The position numbers were made by a program, and so were the translations under genes. From NCBI RefSeq assembly GCF_001194135.2, contig NC_068982.1, positions 83,802,855 through 83,854,621 on the forward strand: a stretch of 51,767 nt of DNA, read 5' to 3'. The DNA comes from Octopus bimaculoides. Taxonomy: Eukaryota. Each line of letters opens with the position of its first letter. Positions within the stretch are counted from its first letter, which is position 1. The notes under the pieces were generated by a model. It did not search any database. It had not been told where the DNA came from and saw only the letters and a program-made list of their open reading frames with translations. This document shows, piece by piece, positions 24,220-35,049 of the stretch.

Positions 24220-25481
24220 TTTAGGAATCAATGAACTAGATAGAATACAACACACACAAATGAAAGAGAAAATAAAGAAAGAATACTATAGACGAATTAG
24301 ATCAATACTGAAAACAATGCTCAATGCTAAAAACAAGATAATAGGTATTAACACTTTAGCCGTCCCAGTTATAAGTTACAGCTACAATATCCTAAACTGG
24401 ACACTAAATGAACTAATGAGAATAGACAGGAAAACAAGAAAAATAATGACAGGATCTAGGATGCTCCACCCAAAATCTGACATAGAAAGGCTATATATAC
24501 AACGTACAGAAAGTGAGAGAAGCCTTATACAGCTGGAAAACTATTATAAAATAACCACCATAGGATTGCAAAAATACCTACTTCAGAAGCAAGGAAAACT
24601 GATACAAATAGCCACAACACACGAGCAAAACAAAAAACTGTTTTCAGTATTTGAGGAAGCTGACAAATACAAACAAGAGATCATATTACCTAATAAATAT
24701 GAAGAAGAAGAAACAACAAAAGCTATAAAACAATGAAATCCAAACTAAAACTAGAACAGCAACGGACCATGATAAAATGATAGCAAGAAAAGCCCCTTCA
24801 TGGCAAATACTGGGCTAAACTAAATGCANNNNNNNNNNNNNNNNNNNNNNNNNNNNNNNNNNNNNNNNNNNNNNNNNNNNNNNNNNNNNNNNNNNNNNNN
24901 NNNNNNNNNNNNNNNNNNNNNNNNNNNNNNNNNNNNNNNNNNNNNNNNNNNNNNNNNNNNNNNNNNNNNNNNNNNNNNNNNNNNNNNNNNNNNNNNNNNN
25001 NNNNNAAAATACAAAGACCTGGAAATAGAGGTAACTCGAATGTGAAATCTAAAAACAGAAACAATTCCTATCATAGTAGGCGCCTTAGGTATGATAAAAA
25101 AATATTTAGACAAATACATAACAAAAACACCAGGACTTACGAATATATATAACATACAGAAAATTGCACTACTGGGCACTGCACACATCCTAAGCAAAAC
25201 ACTTTCAATACAGTAACCATAAGAGCACCACAGCAAACCACAGCACATACCCAAGGCGCACAGAGCTGCGCTCGGTAGTGAAGTGAAAGCACGCTATAAA
25301 AATAAAACTACTGAATAATAATAATAATGATGATGATAATAATAATGACGACGATGACGACGACCCAGGTTCGAAATTTCCCCAAGACACCTAATGAAGG
25401 CTGGGGTGGGGGGTATATCAGCTGAAACGTTGTGTTAACAACAAACAAGATGACAAATATCCATCCATTGTAAATAATGTA
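24096..25481 (+). mobile_element. tRNA-headed SINE, plus-strand copy, interrupted by an R4/Dong insertion; hammerhead-like motif at 25387-25435
   Basis: A box TGGCATAGTGG at 24102-24112 and B box GTTCGATTC at 24147-24155, then (AAT)n; resumes at about 25365 with ccaggttcgaaatttccccaagacac and ends in gtaaataat repeats. Confidence 0.8.
24215..25313 (+). mobile_element. 5'-truncated R4/Dong-clade non-LTR retrotransposon inserted in (AAT)n
   Basis: KYLGINELDRIQHTQMKEKIKKEYYRRIRSILKT.LNAKNKIIGINTLAVPVISYS...HPKSDIERLY, then KYKDLEIEVTRM..PIIVGALG..QKIALLGTAHIL; AAT tracts on both sides; N gap at 24829-25005. Confidence 0.85.
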
Positions 25482-25649
25482 AATAATCTTGATATCATAT
25501 TGGATAATATGGAATTATATGGATCATCAGTAAGTATAACTTGTATAGGTAGTCTAGGACTGTATTGTCTAGCTATATGAGTTAGCAGAATACAAAGTTC
25601 AGAGGCACAATGACATACAACCTATAATGTATAACATCTAACATAATAC

Positions 25650-25810
25650 ATGTTTCTCTCTTCGTTTCTTTCTGTGTTCCTTTCTGTGGAAGAGCATAAG
25701 CTCGAAACGTTAAAGACTTTTTCACTTCCTGAGTGTTAAACTAATTCATCTGTTTGTTGTCTACACTACCTGTCTTCGTCTTTTGTTTTTTTGTGAATTC
25801 TCCACCTACA
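25650..25810 (+). repeat. pLTR-like repeat with hammerhead-like motif (25680-25715)
   Basis: cttt CTGTGGA a gagc ataa gctc GAAAC GT T aaag; same family as 48330-48612 and 50205-50265. Confidence 0.6.
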
Positions 25811-25949
25811 TATAATACATTGCACAGGCCCAGGCATGGCTATGTGGCAAGAAGCTTCCTTCCCAACCACATGGTTCTGGGTTCAGTCCTGCTGTGTGGC
25901 ATCTTAGGCAAGTGTCTTCTATAGCCTCATACAGAGATTCTGCAGAGGA

Positions 25950-28900
25950 CATTTTGTTTTCTCCCTGCATGAGCATTTGTTATTGATTGTTGTTGGTATT
26001 GTTGTTTGTGTTGTTGTAGTTGTTATGTTCTAGGTGGCTATTTTTGTTATTTGTGTTGTTGTGAATATTATATGGTAGGTGGTTATTATTGTTGTCAATT
26101 GAGTTGCTGGATGGACCTCTGTCCTTTGTTGAGGTCCCATTGTTTATGTTACTTAACTGTTGATTTAATTTCCTGTTATTCATCATATATATGTGGTGCT
26201 CTAAGTTGGATGAATTGCTGGTTAAATATTTTGCTATATTTACTATATTTTGGGAAGCATCAATCTAGTGCTGCGAAAAACTGCTTTACAGTCCTGGATG
26301 AGACATGTGATCCCCAGATTGAGTTGTACTATAAAGTGTCTTTTTTTTTTTACATTTTCTCTTAGGTTTATTTGTTCTGGTGTAAGGTGAGGTATTACGA
26401 TAATTTGATATGCTGTGTTTTGCTGTGATATTGTGGTGTATGCCTCTAGTAGTCTCGTTTTCCCATTCGTACTTATATTCCTTCTATTGGTTGGCCTTTT
26501 TCCACGATTTGAGTCAGTCACATTAGGATGTGGATTTGTTGTTGCATGGCAGGTATTGTTTTTCATGGCATTAATTTTAGAATTGGTTCTATTATTATTT
26601 TTACCCGTGTATTGAATTTTTGCAGTGTGCCCAGTGGTGGCTAAAGTGGCATTATAGTAGGATGCATGCTTATTGAAAATTTCCTCATTTGCAAGTAGCC
26701 TAAATATTCTAGCAGAAATATTATTTACTAGTCCTCTTATTGTAGATGGTGAGTGATTAGATCTTACACTTATATACCTTACATTTTTGTTGGGTTTATG
26801 AAAAAGCTCATATAACCCAGTATTTAAGCTAAATGTGGCATCTAAGAAACTCAGTCTACAGTGTTCATTATCAATAGTTATGGAAAGTCCAAAGTTTTAA
26901 AAGAATTTGAAGAATAGCTTCTTGTGCTTTTCTATGACTACTTTACTACATCTATTGAGGAAGAATAAAGCATCATCCCTATACAGACCTCCACCAGTTT
27001 CTGGAAATGAGTACAGGATTAGAGATAGGATGTAGACTCTGACCAAGTCCGTGACTTATGTGGAGTCTGAGGATCCCTTCACTATGTTGAAGACATCCAC
27101 TCTATCTGACCTCTTCCATAGTTTTCCATCAAAATCTATTAGAGTGCCATGTGCCACTTGTATAATATCTATTTCCTGTCTAGATAGATTTGAGTTTTTC
27201 CTGGTTATATTAGTGTAATAGCTCTCAATGTCCAGTTGAAGGAAATTACTGTGTTTATTTATTTCTAGTTGCTTAAACCAGCCAAATACCTCCTGGATGT
27301 CAGACAACAGTGCTAGTCTAATTTTTTATCCAAGTGTTGGCATTATCCTGTCTATGATTTACTTATTTTCCCTATGTCCAAGGGCAAATTAATCTAACAG
27401 CGGGGTTACTCTCAAAATTTGGCTTATGGTCTTTTAGTGTTATCCAAAGTTTTCTAGGTGCTTATGGTTCAGTTCTATTGTCTATATCTAGATTGTTTAT
27501 AATTTCTAGTCCCCTTCTAATTATTCTATTTTGTGTATTGTCATTTAACCCTTCCGTTACTAACTTAGCTGTAGCCGGCCGAAAAATTTTTTGGTTCATA
27601 AGACTAACCCGGCCGTAGCCAGCCGAGCGTACCCATTGTTATTTAAATGTATATTTGAACCTAAATCTCGTTAGTACATTCGTTAAAACACCTGATTTCA
27701 CTTTGCAAACAGTTGAGTTATTAAATCCGACATTGTTTGGCGTGATATTTGAACTCAGTGAATTTTGGAAGATTTTTTTCCACATTTTTTGCGGCGTTAA
27801 TTTTTTTCAACTTTGAAGATGGAGAGGAGTTTCATGCTATCAAGCAGTGATTCCGAATTTAAAGGTTTTTCAACAGAAGATATGGAGATATCGAAGAAAA
27901 GAATGAATGAGCTACAAAAGCACATGGTGAACGATAATGAATCGGATATTTCTGTATCTGAAACTGAAAGCAGCGATGGCGACAGCGAGGATGATTTTAC
28001 ACCAGAAAAATATTTTTTAAATATTTTTATTANNNNNNNNNNNNNNNNNNNNNNNNNNNNNNNNNNNNNNNNNNNNNNNNNNNNNNNNNNNNNNNNNNNN
28101 NNNNNNNNNNNNNNNNNNNNNNNNNNNNNNNNNNNNNNNNNNNNNNNNNNNNNNNNNNNNNNNNNNNNNNNNNNNNNNNNNNNNNNNNNNNNNNNNNNNN
28201 NNNNNNNNNNNNNNNNNNNNNNNNNNNNNNNNNNNNNNNNNNNNNNNNNNNNNNNNNNNNNNNNNNNNNNNNNNNNNNNNNNNNNNNNNNNNNNNNNNNN
28301 ACCTTTTGGCGATGACTATATTTCCAGTATTATGAACGAGTACGATTCGTGAAGCTGAACCAATATTTACATGTGAGAGACACTAGCAGTACCTCAGAGA
28401 CAAAAATTATGCAATAGAATTGATTAAGAACCCTTTCTTTAATTATGTTCCAAATATCACATTAATATGTTGATAAATAAAAAAGTTACAGGTGTTTAAT
28501 GAGACTAGTCTGAATTCATGATTATTTTAGAATTTAATTGAAACTCATGAGGGGTGTATTTTGGTCAGAAGTATAGTAACGAAAGGGTTAAGTGCCTATA
28601 TCTGCTCCATAGTTCCTTATTAATTAATTTCTTATAAGGGTCAAAATCAACAATGTAAATATTACCAGTCTTATCTGCTGGTACAAGTATGCCTGGAGCT
28701 TTTTCAAACTCATCAAGTAATTTCCTTAATTTTTGCTGGTGTAGGTTCTTTCTTCTGGGATGTTTTCTAAATTCCACATTTTTAACAATGTTGTACAGCT
28801 CTTCTTTGAATCTGACTGTGTGTTGGTTTGTCAGTGGGTTTTTCCTAGATTTAAATTTGTGTTTGAGTGTGTTCGATTATTTGAGTTATTATCCGTTCTG

Positions 28901-29095
28901 TCAAAAAAGAAAGCCTTCCATTGCATTCTGCAAGTCAATTGGCTAGTCTTCTCAAGTGATCTCATGTATTCTTTCCTGCTGGGTAAAGGTATATCATTAA
29001 GCGAGACATCTAGTATTATTTTTTCTGGCTTCCTGGCGTACCAATTGATAGTACCTTCTTGCAGATATCGGATGATGGTTTAGCTATGTAACTAT
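25950..29095 (-). mobile_element. Decayed Penelope-like element (RT region), split by a piggyBac insertion
   Basis: ILVPADKTGNIY (28565-28777), FLQLDIESYYTNI...GSSDS (27056-27307), YRDDAL motif near 26940, and an Asn-rich C-terminal linker. Confidence 0.75.
27549..28587 (+). mobile_element. Internally deleted piggyBac element
   Basis: TTAA at 27545-27548 and 28588-28591; TIRs cccttccgttact / agtaacgaaaggg with 1 mismatch; acidic transposase-like N-terminus (SSSDSEFKGFS...ESDISVSETESSDGDSEDD); N gap inside. Confidence 0.8.
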
Positions 29096-30255
29096 TTGGA
29101 CTTTGAGTATATGTCTATTAGTATGTTGGTTACAGCACATTCACCATTTGGGCTACCTGATGTCATCTACAGTAACAATATAATTTTCACTGGATCTAAA
29201 TCAGGAAATCCACAGTGTTTGTTGAGTTTATAATTAATGAAGGAAACAGAAGATAGATTTAGTATGAATATATGTATATGCTTTGTATATAGCTGTAGAA
29301 AACTCTGCCCCAGTGTAGACTCATGCAAACATGGAAAAGATGTTAAAACAGTGATTACAACAGTGGTGCTGCTGGTAGTGCTGTCAAGCTGATTGACACA
29401 ACAGACTACAGCATATCACTCCATGATTTTACATATAGTACATTATTTTGAGTGCAATTTGGAACATTGCTATACTGTGGGAGGGAATGGGAAAAGAATG
29501 TATAAACAATGTTTTGAAAAATTTATTGGTAAGTTATGAAAACAGATTCAAACGCTTTCTTGTAGACATTTGTGGAAAAATTGCACTGTTTCCAAAATAG
29601 CCTAACCAGATGACTGTGACATCAAGCAGTTGATGGTGACAGAAGCCAAAAATCTATTTTTCTTCTGGAACAGAAAAAGAATGAGAAGAGTCTGGTAATG
29701 AAGTAAGTATTAGATACACCAAAGAAATTTACAACTTGACTGCCAACTGAGGAATTCACTTCAAAAGTATGGTTGTTAATGTTGAGTGATGTTCATGAGT
29801 TGAGGAAACCATGTCTTCATGTAATAGAAAAGAAAAAGCAGTCTAGGCTGGATATGTTTTCAAAAATACCTTCATCTATTCAGGCACCTTCTTCTAAGCT
29901 TTCAATCCGTTACTGAGCTAACATGCTTTGCTGCCACACATAATTCTGATGACCCTGTTCTTTTTGTCTCCTCCTCAACTTCTTTGAAATAAATCAGCTC
30001 TACATATTCATCATTTTCAGTTTCTGTGTGTATCTAGCCAACATTTATTCTTCATTTTTATTTTGCATATTTGTTTGTGCATGCATCTGTCTGTCCATCC
30101 TTCCTCAGCCTCATTTTGACTTATACTTTCAACTTCTGAAAATATCATTGTAAGTTAGGGGTACCTGTATTTGAATTTTATGATGATTTAATCAACTTGT
30201 TTTATGTTCATATTTATGTGAAGCCTTCAATTTTTCTTTTTCCATTTCTTTTTTC

Positions 30256-30851
30256 GGATCTTTTTTAAAACGGGGGCCACATTTTTCATTAATGTTTTAC
30301 GTAGTGTTTTTGGTACCGAAAGACTTTCAAACTTCGTATACTTATCTATTTTGTGTTATAGAACAGAAAAATATTTTTGTATTCGAATTTATTTCATGTA
30401 AAAAATTGTCTTATTTCGATAATTTCAACCAATCACTGACGTCCATTCAGCCGATATACATTAAGTGCCGACTACATAAACAAACGATTCTTCGTTTTAT
30501 TTGCTTTTTTCATTTTAAATTTGCTTTAACCCTAACCCTAACCCTAACTCTAACCCTAACCCTAACCCTAGGGTTAGGGTTAGGGTTAGAGTTAGGGTTA
30601 GGGTTAGGGTTAATTGTTTCAGAATCGTTTGTTTATGTAGTCGGCGCTTAATGTATATCGGCTGAATGGACGTCAGTGATTGGTTGAAATTACAGAAATA
30701 CGACAACTTTAACATGGAATAATTTATGGATTTCTTTTTTTTTTAAGAAGACTAAGAGAAAAAGATGTTTTATATGACACATTCTACCAGTGTTCCAAGT
30801 TTCAAAGTGTTTCGTTAATGAAAAATGTGGCCCCTGTTTTAAAAAAGATCC
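30256..30851. mobile_element. Foldback MITE with 37-bp TIRs, 8-bp TSD and a telomeric-repeat palindrome core
   Basis: TIRs 30256-30292 / 30815-30851 (1 mismatch); TSD cttttttc at 30248-30255 and 30852-30859; inner inverted repeat 30421-30491 / 30621-30691; perfect palindrome at 30526-30613. Confidence 0.88.
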
Positions 30852-30912
30852 CTTTTTTCTTTGTAATATGCATAGTTTAATCTTTTTTTATTAATATGTG
30901 ATTTATTTTCAG

Positions 30913-31015
30913 CTCCAAAAGTTTATGTTGTCTTAATGGATTGTTGTTTGTATTATTATAAGAATGAGAGAGACAAAGAACCTAAGGGAAAATACCCTCT
31001 TTATGGTTATAACTC
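30913..31015 (+). CDS. SH3BP2-like: Internal coding exon of a PH-domain protein (SH3BP2/3BP2-like), strands beta2-beta4
   Basis: Acceptor ttattttcAG at 30911-30912 and donor GTgagt at 31016. 103 nt = 2+33 codons+2, reading xPKVYVVLMDCCLYYYKNERDKEPKGKYPLYGYN(S). Resembles 3BP2 PH ([35 protein letters not shown], from memory); SKAP-type PH is the alternative. Not in the ORF track because it is short. Confidence 0.85.
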
Positions 31016-31034
31016 GTGAGTATATGTTACATAT

Positions 31035-31171
31035 CTAACATGCATCTTGTACAATAAATATATATACTCTACTAACATGCATCTTGTACAATAAATATAT
31101 ATACTCTACTAACATGCATCTTGTACAATAAATATATATACTCTACTAACATGCATCTTGTACAATAAATA
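31035..31171. repeat. 37-bp minisatellite, about 3.7 perfect copies
   Basis: ctaacatgcatcttgtacaataaatatatatactcta starts at 31035, 31072, 31109 and 31146 (last copy partial). Confidence 0.95.
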
Positions 31172-31485
31172 CATATACAAATATAAACCTGATTTCATCA
31201 AGTTTTTGCACTGCTTTTTATGAAGCTAACTTATTCATAGAGACAATTCATTCTATCCAATAACAAAGTTGACTTTCCAGTCCAATGCTTGCATGTCTTG
31301 TGCACTCTTTCAGTGGCATTTCTTAATATTCATCCCAGCTATGTTTGTGGTTTTCTTTCGTTAATTTCTCCTCCAGTTTTAATTTCAATGTGATTTTCTT
31401 CATTGAACCTACATTATTTTTTACTTTTTTTCTTTACTTTTCTTTACTGATATATTCCATAAATTTTATCAGACACTTATGAATA

Positions 31486-32029
31486 CAAGGTGCATTCCAG
31501 AAAGTTTGATACTTTTTCAGGAGTGACATTTATTTAATTTCAAAGTACAAAACTCAAATCTCCTTCAAAGTAGCATCCTCTGACTTCTGTGCTCTTGTTA
31601 TAGCATTCTAGCCACTTCATGAAGGCACCATGGAAGTCTTGAATTCCCTCAAAACTTCCACAAAGTACTCTTTGTTGATTATCTGGCCAAGGGGGACCTA
31701 GTGGTGTGGATGATATCTTTGCTGAAAAAGAGGATCATCATGAGCTTCCCAATGGACTTGCTTTGCCTGGCCTTCTTGGGTCTGGGGGTGCTAGGATGCT
31801 TCCATTGGGTACTCTGTCTCTTGGTCTCTGATGCTTACCTCATACAAGTTAATCCAAAAGCAATCTGGAGCATTTCATAAGTTTCTGTAGTGCCTTTTCC
31901 CAGTTTAACACAAAACTTTATTGCAAACAGCCTTTCAAAAATGTATTCTGTAAACTAGTCAGCTGTGACAAGCAGTGTTTAGTGGGATTTGTTCAAAGTG
32001 ACGTCTCAAAACTTCTGGAATGCACATTG
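31486..32029 (-). mobile_element. Internally deleted mariner element
   Basis: TA flanks at 31484-31485 and 32030-32031; TIRs caaggtgcattccagaaagtttg / caaaacttctggaatgcacattg; transposase-like remnants inside. Confidence 0.7.
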
Positions 32030-33056
32030 TAAAACAAAATCTATGTTTACAACTATAATTTCATATTTGAGTTTTGCTGTAAGAGCAATGTAATTATTTA
32101 TATTCTCTCATTCTTTTATTTAGTTTTACTGTGTTGTCATTTGTAGTTGTTAGTGTTACTGGCTAGTCAGATTTGATTTAGGTGACCAAGCAGCACAGAG
32201 ATAACTGATTGAACCAGATGTAAATTAAGAACATCTCTAATTGAAAGATTGTAGTTCTTTTTTTATTGTTAACTGTTAGAGTGATATGGGAAAAACATTT
32301 CAAATGTAGGTTGTTAGACCACACTATATAGAAGTGCTTCTCCAAGAGGCACACCTAATCTTGTCAAACCTCCTCTATTACCATTAACTTCAGATCAGTA
32401 GGTTAATATCTCCTGGAAAGTAGACTTACTAGAATTACTAGCTCAGTTGCTACCCCACATAAAAGAGTAAAACAATTAAGCTCCTCTATTACCTTCTTCT
32501 GTTTTACACTTATAGAACCAAGAGGTATATCAGAATCTAACTGCAGAGAAAACAACAGAATTATTAATCCCAATGATGAAAAGTAGTAAAAACAACTAAG
32601 AAATGAACAAGAAAGGAACCTCTCTCTCCCTCTCAATTGTAAACAATTAAATTGCTTTATCAAAGTGAACCACTCTCCCAACAAATAAATACAGTCAATA
32701 TGGAAGTAAAGAATTTAATATTTCATAGTAGTGGATGGCTTGAAATAAATCCATGATAGTTTGTTCAGCCAGTCAGTGGTCAAAATTCACCCATCCCTCT
32801 TTTAGAAAAGATATGGAGGTTTTTTTTCAAAGATGTTAAGGAAATCAATCATAAGCTGTCCTCAGTGAAAGTACCTAAACTGCAGGTAAAAACAGATTTT
32901 CTGTACTATATTCTCTATTCAGAATGACGATCCTTGGAGTTTGGTTTATAATGCTAAAGGACTCAGTTATAAGCAGGGAAAGCTTTCAACTGACCATAGA
33001 GCTTGATTAGTGGATGTGACTTGCACTGCCTGATGTAAAAGTTGAATCTCCAATTA

Positions 33057-34322
33057 CGAGGGGTGTTCATTAAAGATTTCCCCTGACCCACTTCCCAAGG
33101 GCTGGGATAAATGAAACTTGGCATAATTATTAGTCCTTCTCTACATAGTTACCACCAATGGTGACACACTTCTCCCATCACTTTATGCAGCTGTGAAGGT
33201 CTCATCTGTAGAAGTCAGTAGGTTGCATCTGGAGCCAAGACTACTTTGGAAATAAGTTCATCATCATCCAAAAAGTGCTTCCTTTTCAAAAAAGACTTCC
33301 TGGTTGGAAAGAGGTGGAAATCAGATGGTGCGAGGTCAGGAGAGTAAGGGGGATGAGGAAGGATTTCATGGCCGCAGGAGTGTACTTTCATCTGGGCAAC
33401 ATGCATATTGTGAACTGGGGTGTTGTCTTGGAGAAGGTGGACTCCTTTGGTCAGCATGCCATGCTTCTTCTGCTTTGATGGCATCCCACAATTTCTGCAG
33501 CAGAGAAGCATAATATGTCCCATTAATTGTGATCCCCTTTTCCAGAAAATCCATCATCACTACTCTGTGCAGGTCCCAAAAGACCATGAGCATAACCTTG
33601 CCTGCTGAGGGTTGGAGACAAGCCTTCTTTAGAGATGATGAGTTATCATGCTTCCATTGCTTCAACTGGACTTTAGGATCATAGTGATGGACACATGTTT
33701 CATCCTGTGTGTTAAGTCAGCTGAAAAAATCCCCCTCATGTTCTTGGCACATTGCCAAAAGAGCCTGGGAGCAATTGACTCGTTCCTGTTTTTGAAAAAG
33801 TGTGAGCATCCAGGGAATCTATCATGCAGACAACTTCTGCTTATGCAAATGGTCATGAATGGGTTTTTCTACAAGCCCTACACTTACCGTCACTTTTTGG
33901 GCTAGTTGCTGAATAGTTATGTGGCGATACTTCAAAATGGTGGCTTCCACTTTATAGATGGTGTCACCATCAATGGCGGAATGTAGTCGTTGAGGAATAG
34001 GAGCAGTTTCCACCAATGTTTGACCACATTTGAACTAGCAATGCCAGTGCTTGACTATGTCATTTGATGATGCATTGTCATCAAAAGTCTCTTTTGGTGT
34101 ATGACTTTTGAAGTATAAGAACCTGATCACTGATCTGCATTCAACTCCCTTTATTATAAAATCTTAGTCCACTTCAGCAGCCGTAAAAGACAAATGAATA
34201 CTAGTGGAAAGCTATAATTTACAATGTTCCCTGTAGAAACATGTCTGATTATACCTATACAAGTTCCGTTTCTTGCCATAACTGGAAGCAGGTCAGGGGA
34301 AATCTTTAATGAATGCCCCTTG
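33057..34322 (-). mobile_element. Full-length (1266 bp) mariner transposon with an inactivated transposase
   Basis: TA TSDs at 33055-33056 and 34323-34324; about 32-bp TIRs (cgaggggtgttcattaaagatttcccctgacc); motifs GKVMLMVFWD, LLQDNTPVH, PHPPYSPDLAPSDFHLF spread over shifted frames. Confidence 0.92.
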
Positions 34323-35049
34323 TATGCTTAATCTAAAATGATTTACAAGTCACACTGCAAGTTGAATTCAAGAGAATTGGTTGCACTGGCATTTTTAAGG
34401 TTTCATTAATATTTCTAACTTTGAGAATTGTGGTAGTGTTCCTTGATAACAACAATGTCAAAGAAAGTCTGAATTTACTTCTGTGCAACTGAAGAAGGAA
34501 TCCAGTACACTTATATTTTAGTTATTATTATTATCATCTTTATTCACTTAACTTCTGATGTATCTATGTCTACATTACATCTCAGCTCCTTTCCACAGCT
34601 TACCTCAACACAAGAGCTGTTCTAAGTATTGCTGCCATCTAAGATGCTTGATATTTGCAGTTTTTGATGCCAGAATATTGCTCTTTTTGAGATGGTCCCA
34701 AGTTTATCTCTTTATCCTTTTACTAGTTTCAGTCATTGAACTATGGTCATACTGGAGCACCTCCTTGTGAAAGCTAATGCCTGCATCAGCTGGGAGTGCA
34801 TTGATCACAGTAGGTGATCTGATCAAGTGCACTGATCACAATAGGTATTACTCTCACTTTGAGGCTCTATGGATTCTTTTCACTTACAGTCCTAGGGCTG
34901 ATACTTCCTGACTTCCTCATTGTCTCTCTTTACAATATTCTGGTCTGCAGATGTAGCAACATCAGTGCAAGTCCATTTTTTAGACTCCTTCAGTAGGAGA
35001 GTGGTATCTGGTTGTAGATTTTTGTCTGTATATCCCATGTGAGCTTAGC

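Noticed and set aside
29440-29549. Candidate upstream exon ending tttattg|gtaagt in phase 1 (…MYKQCFEKFI)
   Set aside because: Phase fits the PH exon, but the peptide does not resemble PH beta1 and the acceptor is weak; needs RNA-seq.
30526-30613. True telomere or chromosome-fusion scar
   Set aside because: The tract is short, symmetric and enclosed by TIRs and a TSD, so it is better explained as part of a transposon.
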